From Mobula hypostoma (lineage: Eukaryota), in contig NC_086108.1 of the NCBI RefSeq assembly GCF_963921235.1, positions 30,690,001 through 30,754,000 on the forward strand: a stretch of 64,000 bases of DNA, given 5' to 3'. The translations under genes and the position numbers were made by a program. The notes beneath the pieces are model-generated. The model was not told the origin of the DNA. It saw nothing but the letters and a program-made list of their open reading frames with translations, and made no database searches. This document shows, piece by piece, positions 24,923-36,436 of the stretch (the stretch's first letter is position 1; each line of letters opens with the position of its first letter).

Positions 24923-26549
24923 ATGTTGATAGAATAGATTCTATAATCTTATCTTATATTTGGAATAATGAAAATCCTGGATTGAGTAAACCTTTATTAC
25001 AGAAATTAAAAAAGGATGGTGGTATGGCTTTGCCAAATTTTAGAATGTATTATTAGGCAATTAATATTCAATATATTACTTTTTGGATTCATTACTCAGA
25101 CATACATGGATGTCCTTCATGGTTGGATTTGGATGAAAACTCGGTGAAGGGGTTCTCTTGGGCCTCTTTAGTGGGAGCTCCTCTTCCTTTTTTGTTTTCT
25201 AAGATTAAGTAGACAAGACTTTAATCCTATTATTAAACATACCTTAAGAATTTGGTTTCAGTTTCGTAGATTTTTTGAGTTAAATAATTTTGTTCTTTCT
25301 AGTAATATCCATTTTAATTATTTTTTAAACCATCAACTTTGGATAAGACCTTTTTAATTTGGAAAACCAAGGGAATAATAACTTTTTCAGATTTGTTTTT
25401 ACGGGACTGTTTAATGTCTTTTTCTCAGTTGATAAATATGGTTTACCTAATGTACCATTTCTTTAGATATTTACAAATTAGGAAATTTACATGGTTTGCT
25501 GCCAAATTACCCTTCTGCTTATCCACCTAATATGACGGATGCTCTTTTTCAGCTTAAACCACATCAGAAAGGGTTAATAGCTATAATTTATAAACAGATC
25601 GTGAATTTACCAATGACATCTAATGATAAAATTAAACGTGCTTGGGAATTGGAAATTCAAGAGTCATTTTCAGATAATCAATGGAGTAAAATTCTTCATT
25701 TGGTTAATAACTCAACTATTTGTGCCAGTCATTCCCTGATACAGTTCAAGGTAGTGCATCGGGCCCATATGTCAAAGGATAAACTAGCATGTATTTTTTC
25801 CAACATCAATCCTATTTGAGGCGTCCATTTTAACTCATATGTTTTGGTCTTGTATAAAGCTAGACAACTTTTGGAGAGATGTTTTTAAAACATTATCAAA
25901 AGTCTTGGATCTGGACCTACAACCTAATTTACTTAGGGCAATATTTGGGATTACCCCATCAAAACCAGGAAATATTCCTGTTTCTGCTCATCGTATAATA
26001 GCCTTTTCAACTTTATTGGCTAGGAGAGCCATTTTACTGAAGTGGAAGGATTCTAACCCACCTGCTGTCTTTTATTGGCTTTCCCCCATTATGTCCTGTT
26101 TAAGTTTAGGGAAAATTAGAAGTCGGACATTTGATACATCCTTTAAATTTGAGCAAATCTGGCGGCCTTTTATTCAATATTTTCATTTAATTTGATTTAT
26201 TACTCTTCCAATTTTTTTTCAAAGTTTTAGATTTGATCAGAAAGTCTTCCTTTTTTTTTGGTTGTATTCTCAGAATGGACTGCCCAGGCCCATTTTTCTT
26301 CTATCGTGTAGTATTTTTTTTCTTCATTTAAAATTCAAAGTTTCTTTTCTTTTTTCTCTTCATGAACTGGTAAGAGGAGAATTGCTGTTTTCTTTTTTAT
26401 TATATATTATATACTAGCTTAATACTATGTATGATTTTGATAATGTCTAATTCAATCTCTGTTTGTATTGTTATTGATATATATATTTAAGATAATTCTC
26501 CTCGTTTGTATTTATGTTCCTTTTAAATCAATGAAAAGATTAATTTAAA
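24923..26549 (+). mobile_element. L1-clade LINE, 5'-truncated (ORF2 C-terminus, 3' UTR, polyA)
   Basis: YIWNNENP..LQKLKKDGGMALPNFRMYY, FFRYLQIR, IQFKVVHRAHMSKDKL, HMFWSC, ARRAILLKWK. T-rich UTR and A-tail. TSD aaaactgt at a TT/AAAA site. Confidence 0.9.
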
Positions 26550-26899
26550 AAAACTGTTTGCTTTAAGAATGGTGTTGTGTCTAACAGCCACACAACGCGC
26601 ATGCGACTATTAAGTGGCATATTGCCCCAAATAAACTAAGGGAATCTCAGCTATTTTCTCAATTTGTTTTTTGTTCTTTAAGTGTTGTCCCAAATCAGTG
26701 GCTATCCCGATTAACCAATGGCCCAATTAACTGGATTCCACTGTATTATCACAAATAAGTTAAGACAATATAATACAAAATGTATGTGAAATGTGCAGCA
26801 CAGGTAAATAGTGAACAGTACAGTCAACAGTAAACACCTAGTTGTCCTTTCTATAGATAGCTTGAAATTTACAGAATTATGGTTACTGTTGAGAAACAC

Positions 26900-28545
26900 A
26901 ATCAGGCTTAATATCACTGGCATAAAGCTGGTTGTGAAATTTGTTGTTTATTGCAATGTATAATAATAATTACTATAAATGACAATAAGATATAAAAAAA
27001 AATTAAATTAAATTATCGAGGGAAAAAATTATCAAGGTAGTGTCCATGGGTTCATTGTCCATTAGAGAACTGATGGTGGAGAGAAAGAAGCTGTTCCTAA
27101 AATCACTAAGGGTGTGTCTTCAAGCTCCTCTACCTCCTCCTTGATTGTAGCAATGAGAAGAGGGCATGTCCTGGGTGATGGGGGTCTTTAATGATGAGTG
27201 CCACCATTTTGAGGCATCACCTTTTGCGGGTGTCCTGGATGTTGGAGAGGCTAGTGCCCCTGATGGAGATGGCTGTGTTTACAACTTTCAGCAGCTTTTT
27301 TCGATCTTTTGCAGTGACCCCTCCGTACCAGATGGTGATGCCACCAGTTAGAATGCTCTCCAAGGTACATCTGTAGAAATTTGTAGTGTCTTGGTGACAT
27401 ACCAATTCTCTTCAAACTTCTAATGAAATATAGCCTTTGCTGTGCCTTCTTTGTAATTGCATCAATATGTCGGGCCCAGATGTTCAACCCATGAAATTGA
27501 AACTGATCATTCTTCCCACAGCTGATCCCTTAATGAGGACTGGTGTATTTTCCTTCTACTTCCACTTCCTGAACTCCTCAATTAATTCCTTGAGCTTACT
27601 GATGTTAAGTGTAAGGCTGTTGCTGTGACTCCGCTCAACCGGCTGATCTATCTTGCTCCTGTACGCCTCCTCATAGCCATTCTGAAATTCTGCCGACTAT
27701 AGTTGTGTCTTTAGCAAATTTCTAGATGAAATTTGAGCTGTACAATCACGGGTGTAGAGAGAAAAGAGAAGTGGCTAAGCACACATCTTTGTGGTGCGCC
27801 AGTGTTGATCGTCAGCCAGGAGAAGATATTAATTCCAATCTGGACAGACTGTGGTCTCCTGGTGAGGACATCAAGGATCCGGTTGTAGAGGGAGATCCAG
27901 AGACCCAGGTTTTGAAGCTGGTTGATTAGAACTGAGGTTATAATTGTGTTGAACGCTGAGTTGTATTCAATAAACAGCAGCTTGATGTAGGTATTAATAT
28001 TGTCCTTGTGATCAAAGGCCAAGTAGAGAGTCAGTAAGACTGCATTGGCTGTACTTGTATTGTGGCGATAGGCAAATTGCAACAGGTCCAGGTCCTTGCT
28101 TATGCAGGAGTTGACTCCAGCCATGACCTACCTCTCAAAACATTTCATCTTTGAGCAGCAATGCAACTGGATGATAGTCATTGAGCAAGTTCACCCTGTT
28201 GTTCTTGGGCACTGGTTTGATTGTTGCTGGTTTGAAGCAGGTGGGAAACTTCGACTGCAGCAGTGAGAGACTGAAGATGTCCTTGAATATTCCCAACAGT
28301 TGGCTGGCACAGGTTTTCCAAGCCCTACCATGTACACCATCAGGGAGTGACACCTTGTGGGTGTTCACCCTCTCGAAAGATGCTCTGACAGCATCCTCCG
28401 AGTCAGAGGTCACAGGGTCACCAGATGCTGCAAAGATTTGCACAGGTGTAGTTTTAATCTCCCTTTCAAAGTGTGCATAAAAGGTGCAGAACTTATCTGG
28501 GAGTGAAACATCCCAACCATTCATTATGTTAGGTTTTGCTTTGAC
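26900..28545 (-). mobile_element. Rex1/Babar RT and 3' end
   Basis: [60 protein letters not shown]. Confidence 0.9.
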
Positions 28546-28549
28546 TGTT

Positions 28550-29720
28550 CTGAAATGGCTCCCCCACTGACAATTCATCTACCCAGTTTCATTTCCCAAG
28601 ATAAGGTTAAAAATTCCCCATCTCTTAGGGTATGCTTCATAATGCCTTAAAAAAACTAAATAAATTCAGCCCCATCTAAGTCCCTTGTACAAAGGCAATC
28701 CCAGTCACTACTGGGAGGTTGAAATCTCTTACTACAATAATCTTATTTCTCTTGTGTCTCTTAATTTTTCTTACCTGTCTATTTTTCTAATTCCACCTGA
28801 CTATTCTGAATCCTATAGTATTACCCCAGCAAAATGATCATTCTTCTCTGATACCTAAATTCTTCCCATGTAATTCTTCCCATGTAACCTCACTGGATGA
28901 TCCCTTCAAGATATTGCCCCCTAAGTCCTGCCATTATGTTCTTCGCAACAAGCACGTTGACTCCCCCTCCTCTTTTGTATTCCGCTCTGTAATGGCTGAG
29001 TATTCAATACCACAGCACAGTAAGCTGTCAGTCTTGTACACGCCTGAATCATGCTTCTGTAATTCCAATAACATCACAATTCCAAGTGAAGATCCATACT
29101 TTAAGCTCTCCTACTAACCTTAAAATAAATGCAACTGAGCTTTTGAACCCTCTTTTTGTTCTCACTTGGTCTGTCGATGTGAGTCAACCTGACCACCTGC
29201 CACACTACTACTGAGCTTCCCTGCCCACGGTCAAATTAGTTAAAGCCTTCCCAATTAATGTGAACTAAATTCCTTGCGAGGATGTTGGTCCTCTGCAGTT
29301 TAGGTGCAAGCTGTACTTGTACAGGTCCCACGTACTCCAGAGGTGATCCCAATGATCCAACAGCCTAAAGCCCTCACTCCTACACCAATTGTAGTCAGGC
29401 ATTCATTTCTCCTATCCTCATATTTCTACCCTCACTAGCACATGACACAGGGTAATCCTGAGATTACAACCTAGAGCTCTTGTAGTTTAACCTTTGGCTG
29501 GAGTCTCTAAACTCACTTTGCAGGACCTTATCCCTCTTTATACCATGAGTAACAATGTGTAAAAAACACTTCTGGCTGTTCACACCCCACTTGCTATACC
29601 CGATCCAAGACATCACCGACTTTGGCACCGGGGAGGCAAAGCACTATTCTGGAATCTCACTCTCAGCCACTGAAATACTTATATGTTCTCCTCAATAACA
29701 AATTCCCAACACTGCTGTGC
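28550..29720 (-). mobile_element. Highly decayed CR1 ORF1/APE fragment
   Basis: Homologous to 37600-38870 (cttggcaccgggaggcaa, aactcactttgcaggacct, tgtacaggtccca). Confidence 0.65.
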
Positions 29721-30374
29721 AGCAGAGCCAAATGATGTGGGTAACTTTTTGACACATTGGAGAATTGAGGGCCATGGAGAATGGGCACATAGAAGGACTT
29801 GAGGCCTAGGACAAATGGGGAGGCAGGTTTGGACAGATGACCTACTCTTCCCCCTGTTTTCTTGTGTTCACATATTCCCTATTTTCAAGTGAAACCTCAG
29901 CTATGCTTTCCTTGCATATCAATTCCTAAGTAAGAAAGCTACATGCTTGTAAAATTGTTCTCTCTCTTTAACGTGGTCAATAAATCACAACTTATTGACG
30001 TACATAGTAAGCCAGAATATAACTGCTTGCTTCAATATCCCAGTTTCTTGGCCAATTCAATTAATCACTTGAGCTTTCCACAGCTGCTAACCTACCAAAT
30101 GGAATTGTTAATTGTTTCTGACCATTACTTATGTCTGATATACTAGACCTGCCAAGTCTCACTCCCTTGCAAAGTTTATCAACTGTGAAAAATTGTTCTA
30201 TACTTCATTCATCCCAATTTATCAACCAATTTATCTGATCCGTAAAAGAACTGCGTTTGCAAAACGAAAACTGACTGAAATTTATTATGATTCCAGCCTC
30301 AACTTTCTGTTTGGCTTCACAATACTCTCAGGAATTTGGTAAGTTTACAGGTTTTATGGGCCATGTGTCCTTAC

Positions 30375-31830
30375 ATAGAACACAGAACTTAAAACAGTAG
30401 AGCATAGCACAGGCCCTTCAGTCCACAATATTGTGGCAAACTTTTAACCTATTCCAAGATCAGTCTAGACATTTCCTCTCACATAGCCCTCATTTTTCTT
30501 TAGATATACCCATCTAAGTTTCTTTTAAACATGCTTAATGTATCTGCCACTATCACTACCCTGACAGTGTGCTCCATGCACCCACCTCGCTTTGTATAAC
30601 ATCTCCCTTATACTTTTCTCTAATTTTCTTAACTATGTGCCCTCCTGTATTGGCAATTACCACCCTGGGTAAAAAGCATTTGGCTGTTTGCTCTACCTCT
30701 TATATCTCTTACAACTTTAACAAGTCACTCCTCATCTTCCTTCACTCCAAAGAGAAGAGCTCCAGCTCACTCAAGCTATCCTGGTAAGATATGATCCCTA
30801 ATCCAGGCAGCATCCTTGTAAGTCACATCTGGACCCTCTCTAAAACTTCCACATCCTTCCTGTAATGAGGCGGCCAGAAAAGAATGCAACACTCCAAGAA
30901 CGGTCTAACCTGATTCCCCACTAATGAAAACCAACACAACGTACACATTCTTAACCACCCTATTCAATTGTGCAGAAACCTTGAGCTGTCTATGGACTTG
31001 GACCACAAGATCCCTCTTTTCCTCTTGGCTGCTAAGAATCCTGCATTTAACCATGTACTCCTCCTTCAAGATTCATCTATCAAAGCATATCATGTAATGT
31101 TTTTGAGGATTAAACTCCATCTGCCACTTCTCAGCCCAGCTCTGCAGCCTATCAATATCCTGTAGTTAACTACAATGACTACAAACATACTAACACAACC
31201 TTCCACATCGTCATCCAAGTCATTTGTAAAAATCTCAAAGAGCTGTGGAACACCACTGGTCACCGGCCTCCAGCGAAAATATGTTCCATCTACTACCACC
31301 CACTGTCTTCTGTGGGCAAGCCTATTCTGAATCCATGCAGGCAAGTTTCTCTTGATCCCATGTCTCCCAATGTTCTAAATGAATCTTCTATAGGGAACCT
31401 TGTTAAACGCCTTACTAAATCCATAAACACCACATTTACTGTTCTACCTTCATCAATTTGTTTTGTCATTTCCTTGAGAGAGTCAAGCAGACTTGAGAGG
31501 CATGATCTACCCCTCACAAAGCCACGTTGACTATCCCTCATCAGACTATGCTGCTCCAAATGCTCTAAAAATCCCCTCCAGTAGTTTGTCCACCACTTAT
31601 TTAAGACTCATTGATCTATAATTCCCAGGACTATCCCTATTACCTTTCTTGAACAAAGAATACCATTTGCCACCCTCCAACCTTCCACTATCACTCCTGT
31701 GGTCAGTGATGTAGAAAGATCATTGGCATTGGTTCAACAATCTCTTCCCTTGCTTCCTATAATAACCTGGGGTATATCCTGTGCAGCCCCGGGACTTATC
31801 AATCCTGACATGTTTCAAAAGTTCCAAAAT
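30375..31830 (-). mobile_element. CR1 LINE RT and 3' end
   Basis: SQRGFVRGRSCLSSL, WIQNRLAHRRQWVVVDG..SGVPQ..NDLDD, tail ttctgtgttctatg. Confidence 0.9.
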
Positions 31831-31979
31831 ATCCCAGTACCTTCTGAGTCTCAGACATCTGATGAAAAACATTTTGAACTATTTAGACTAACTCTACTTC
31901 CCAGCTCTTCAATGCTTACCCTGGACAAGAAGGACTTTTCTTCCTGAATACTTCTGGGTATATCTTATAGATGCTGGAC

Positions 31980-32732
31980 CGGTGATCATGAAAGTTGCAA
32001 TCAAATTTCCCTATCATGCATCATTTGTTTCAAATCGCCTATATTTGTGATTTCAATTCGTAGTTCAAATCAATTGACTTGTTGCCCACAATGGAAGCTG
32101 AAAAGTTTCCAGGCATGCCTGAACATGCTTAAGCAGAGTGGATGCTGCATGTCATGACAGGTTTAAGAAAGGTTTAAATTTCCGTGAAGGATTTCAATAT
32201 TTGAGACGTATGTTTTCCAGAATAACTCATGCCAAGATTTAGAAAGGCATTTTTGTTGGTCCAGAAAACAAACTGGTTATCAATGACAGGCAATTGGAAG
32301 AACTCTTAGCGGGACTGAAAAAAATCATGAGGAAGGCATTCAGGGATGTTGTTGAAATACTTCTTGCCATCACAGAGCACCAAACTATGTTCATCTGGTT
32401 GACAACATGCTTCAAGCATACAAAAACATGAAGTACAACATGTTATGAAAGATTCATGTTCTGCATTCCCATTTAGACTTCTCTGCAAATCTTGGCTGGC
32501 CGATTATTGCTGAGCACTTAAATGAAAAGCCACAGACACTGAGTACAATCAACAAAACATTTTTAGCACCAGTATGCAATTAAACAGATTATATTCAATA
32601 AAAGTTAATTTCTTGTTTTTTCAATTCCTTCATGATACAAGTAGTTTGAAATTATATTTGTATTCATCTTCATTCATAAGCAAAAAACAATTCTGAGAAA
32701 GCAACACTTCCTTAAAAAGTTGTTGTCCAGTG
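31980..32732 (+). mobile_element. Chapaev3-like (CMC superfamily) DNA transposon relic with right TIR
   Basis: FQYLRRMFSRITHAKI*KGIFVGPE...APNYVHLVDNMLQAYKNMKYNML*KIHVLHSHLDF. Ends ...GTTGTCCAGTG followed by TTA. Confidence 0.8.
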
Positions 32733-33759
32733 TTATTTACTTATTCAATGACTGTTTTGGAGGATCATGAACAATAACTACTAAAAGTATGGTTGTTGAT
32801 ATTTGTCTCCATTGCAGCTTCAGATCTGGTGAATTGTTACTGCTGATGTAGCTTCCACCTCAGTCAGTTAATACCTTATTTTCTTCTTGCTATTGACTGG
32901 GTATGCACTTGCTATGTACTTCTTGATTAAATAATTTTTGATTACAGAGAAGGTAAAGCCAATATTACATTGCCAGTGAAGTCTGAAAGATTGGTGGGTG
33001 GGAGGGAGGGTTGTGAGGTGGAGATCTTTAAAATAGTGTGTAAATGTCTGAATATCTCAAGCAGGCAACTTTAGACTGAAGATAGGTAAAGTCCTCTCCA
33101 TTTTGAATTTAATGGAGCAACCACATAAAGGAGACCCCTCCAACTAACCGGCCAACACTCTTTCAAACTCCATTATGAATGAATCATTGACATTGCTTAA
33201 TTCTCTATACAAAATAAGAGATTATTAAAAGTTCTTATCAAGGCAAAAGGCTTAATTTCATTGAGTTAGAATTGCTGTCGTGTGGTGTGTCTTGATGAAA
33301 TGACTCATTCCCAATAAATGTACTATAGTCAGATTAACCACACACACCCTGCAACCCACTGATTCCAAAACAATGTGATCCATTTCATTATGGAAAATTT
33401 ACAGTTCCCATGATGTCAATAGGTCAAGGTGACTGATCTACTACAATCTGTCGGGGCAAGGAAGTTGTGGGTTTCTAAAATTATGTGTCCATTCTCAGAA
33501 ACATTCAATGAATATTAAGACGTAGTGAGCCTCATTTATCTACTTAATGAAGTGTGGTGCCAGACTCAATAGTTCCAGATGGGGCAGACAGAGAGTAGAT
33601 CCATCTTACCACAGGAGCTGCCGAAAAGACAATGGAAGATCACCATGATTACAGGGAATGTGAGCATTAAGAAAAGGCAGGAGGCAAAAATCTTGATTAA
33701 AGGACCTGAAGTAGAAGGCACAATTAGGAAAGAAATAAAGAATGAACAAGAAAAGAGCG

Positions 33760-33880
33760 TCAGACCAAAATGTCGACTGTTTACTCCCCTCCACAGATGC
33801 TGCCTGAGCTGCTGTGCTCTTCCAGCATTTTGTGTGAGTTGCTCTGGGTTTCCATCATCAGCAGAATCTCTTGTGTTTAT
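33760..33880 (+). mobile_element. Penelope pLTR fragment
   Basis: ccaaaatgtcgactgtttactcccctccacagatgctgcctg...cagcagaatctcttgtgttt. Confidence 0.75.
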
Positions 33881-34134
33881 GTACAAGGAAAGAGTGGGAG
33901 CTTGCTCTGAACTGGAGAAGCAGTGTCAGATGAAAGTGAGCCTGAGAGACGTTAAATTGGAAAAGATGTACAGTCGATATGTCAGAATGATCTTTCCATG
34001 TCAATGGTTCCACTGGACTTGAATCCTGATTTTCTCATTTAAGTTAGAATTTAATAGCTAAAATAAAAAGCAAATAGAGGGGCTGATGTACAATTTGAGA
34101 GCCAGGGTCTTGACGCTGACAGAGGTTGGAGGGT

Positions 34135-34945
34135 GGGGCAAAATTAAGATGGCACTAAATGGTGACTCCTTTGCTTGCATCTTCGGAAGCAGCTTTATTT
34201 CTATCTTTGATATCTCTATTTTTCCTTTTCAAAGTTCTTTTGAAGACCCAGACCTGGAGTTACACTCTGACTTCAGTTCTTTGTGGGAATGGGGTCCACT
34301 CAGGACCTCACGGCCGGCAGCTTTTTGATATGCCAAGGACGCGGCCTGGAAGACCAGCATGCCTTCAGGGTGCCAGATTTCCGTGGCTCTGGAGACGGTC
34401 TGATTCAAGGCTGGTACCCTTGAGTGAGGTGTTCGGTGCAACACAAAACATCGAGAGCTATGTGTCCAGAGACCTGAGCCTTTCCAGGGCTAATTCTCGG
34501 AGTACAGAGCTCGGGAAAAGCAACGCAACAGACTTATAACATCGTAAATCGGTGAGTTGTTTGTTATGTCTCTTCTGTCTTTGAGAAACGGGTCACCTCT
34601 TTTTCCCTTATTGGGGAGAGAGAGAGCCTGTGGCATGTCGAATTACCGGGTGAATGAGTAGTCTTTGAGGTACTGCAAGTCTGGTTCTTTATTGATGCTT
34701 GCTGCATGTTTGAGTGCTTGTTGGGGGGCGCTGATGCTTTTTTGCTGGTGGGGAAGGGGGGGTTTTGCCTTGATGTTGCATGTGCGGGGGAGGGGGAAGC
34801 TGGGGGTGGGCTGCTCTGGGTTTCTTATGTTTAACTGTCATTCATTCTTTGGGGCACTCCTCTGTTTTTGTGGATGTTTGCGAAGAAAAAGAATTTCAGG
34901 ATGTATATTGTATACATTTCTCTGACATTAAATGTACCTATTGAG
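34135..34945 (+). mobile_element. Non-autonomous SINE-like element with a Rex1-type 3' tail
   Basis: Starts aagatggcac and ends gaatttcaggatgtatattgtatacatttctctgacattaaatg. Related tails occur at 2840-3070(-), 43500-43600(+), 55915-56660(-), 59215-59450(-) and 63070-63850(-). Confidence 0.6.
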
Positions 34946-35673
34946 AATACATATTTTTTTATTAAAGAATTTGCAAATAAAATGAGACCCATGTTGACAG
35001 AGATATTAAAGTGATTGACAGAGACAAATTCTTGGCTTGCTGGAAGTCTTGCACAATTAGCTGGGTTGGGTGGTCCTGAAGGCCCAAATTCCTCATGTCC
35101 TCCCTTCACACCCTCTTAAAGAAGACCCCACCTTACTGCCAGTCTTTCCATGTGTAATGGTGGGGTTTCTCGTCTCTCATTGTGAAGGTGATAACCTGTT
35201 TCCATTTATTGTTCTTTATCCAATAGCTCTGTTCATGATTTCACATGTCTCTAGTTAAATTCATGTAAATGAACAAAAATAAACAATTTGTGTTCTCGTC
35301 CTAAAATAAATATTTATCTCAACATGATGGGAACACTCAGTCATTTGTCAAAAAAAATCTGAAAGCAAATTCATTTCATCTTATTTATTTATTTAAAGAT
35401 CCCACACAGTAACAGGCCCTTCTGACCCAATGAGCCGACACCATCAAATTACACCCTTGTGACTAATTAACTTACTAACCCGTACGTCTCTGGACTGTTC
35501 GTGGAAACCGGAGCACTCGGAACACTACGCTAGCCACTGTGCTACCATATCAGGGCAACAGGGTAGCTCAGCGTAACACTATTACAGTTTCTCTGTTCAA
35601 TTGAAGTTGGCATTACTGTCTCCCACATTAAGGAGACCACACTTTTTATAGTGGATGCATACCGCAGCAATGG

Positions 35674-36127
35674 TTAGAACATCAGCATCCATAACCCTGG
35701 GCAGTTATCCAGAAACTTGAAATCAAATTTTGCAACTACAGGCAGTCCCAAATATAAGTAATCAAATAAACCTGGATTTAACAAAAGCTTAGCTTGAAAA
35801 TTGGACTCATTCGTTTCATTATGTCCTTTCTGGGAAGAAAGTTCAAAATGTTTACTCTGGCTTATAGCAGATTCTAAATACACCCCCTTCTTGACTCATA
35901 AATGTTCAATGAAATTCCTTAGCAGTTCCATAAATTCAGTAGGGATTAGGGTCATCCCTATAATTGTCAATTTTGCCAATAACATCGACACCTCCTGAAC
36001 AATTAAAGAAACATCAGATGACATTGCATACTCAGTTTCTCTCTTTTAATAAAGAACAAGGACTGTTCCTTTTACCTTGACAACAACCATGACAAAGCTG
36101 TCCCCAGTCCACTTGGTGCAGCAGTTC
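35674..36127 (-). pseudogene. Candidate decayed exons of an unidentified gene
   Basis: A 52-nt AG/GT-bounded segment (36127-36076), an 81-nt GT-AG intron, then a 107-codon frame with one internal TGA. No repeat similarity recognised. Confidence 0.3.
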
Positions 36128-36436
36128 CTGTATTCACTTTAGTTACGAAAATAGAGCAATGGCTGCACATAATAAGTAATGATATTTTTGGCATTACGCT
36201 CTTAGAGATGCAACATTTTCAATATTTATATTATAATATGGTGTTTTGCACCTATGAGTTTCATTACTTTTCATCATGAACATGTTTGTTGTGAAGTTTT
36301 CCTCTTGGGACACTGGAGAGGAGGATGAGGGAGAAGAGATTCTCTATTCAAATGGATATGGTTTAGGGATAGAAAGGGATAAACTCTGGGGTTTTCATTT
36401 CACATGGGTTGACTAACCAGAAACCCCACCTTTACA

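Larger units (their letters stand above)
23887..26743. mobile_element. Tc1/mariner (Tigger-like) MITE carrying nested insertions
   Basis: TIRs cggtggattctggttaattg (23887-23906) and caattaactggattccactg (26724-26743) match 16/20, and both are flanked by TA. Confidence 0.7.

Noticed and set aside
33579-34022. 147-aa plus-strand ORF as a host gene
   Set aside because: It reads through a Penelope pLTR fragment and purine-rich flanks, with no recognisable domain or splice support.
35900-35994. EF-hand-protein-like pattern (IGMTLIPTEFMELLRNF)
   Set aside because: No canonical Ca-binding loop and only a vague similarity, so no gene name is assigned.
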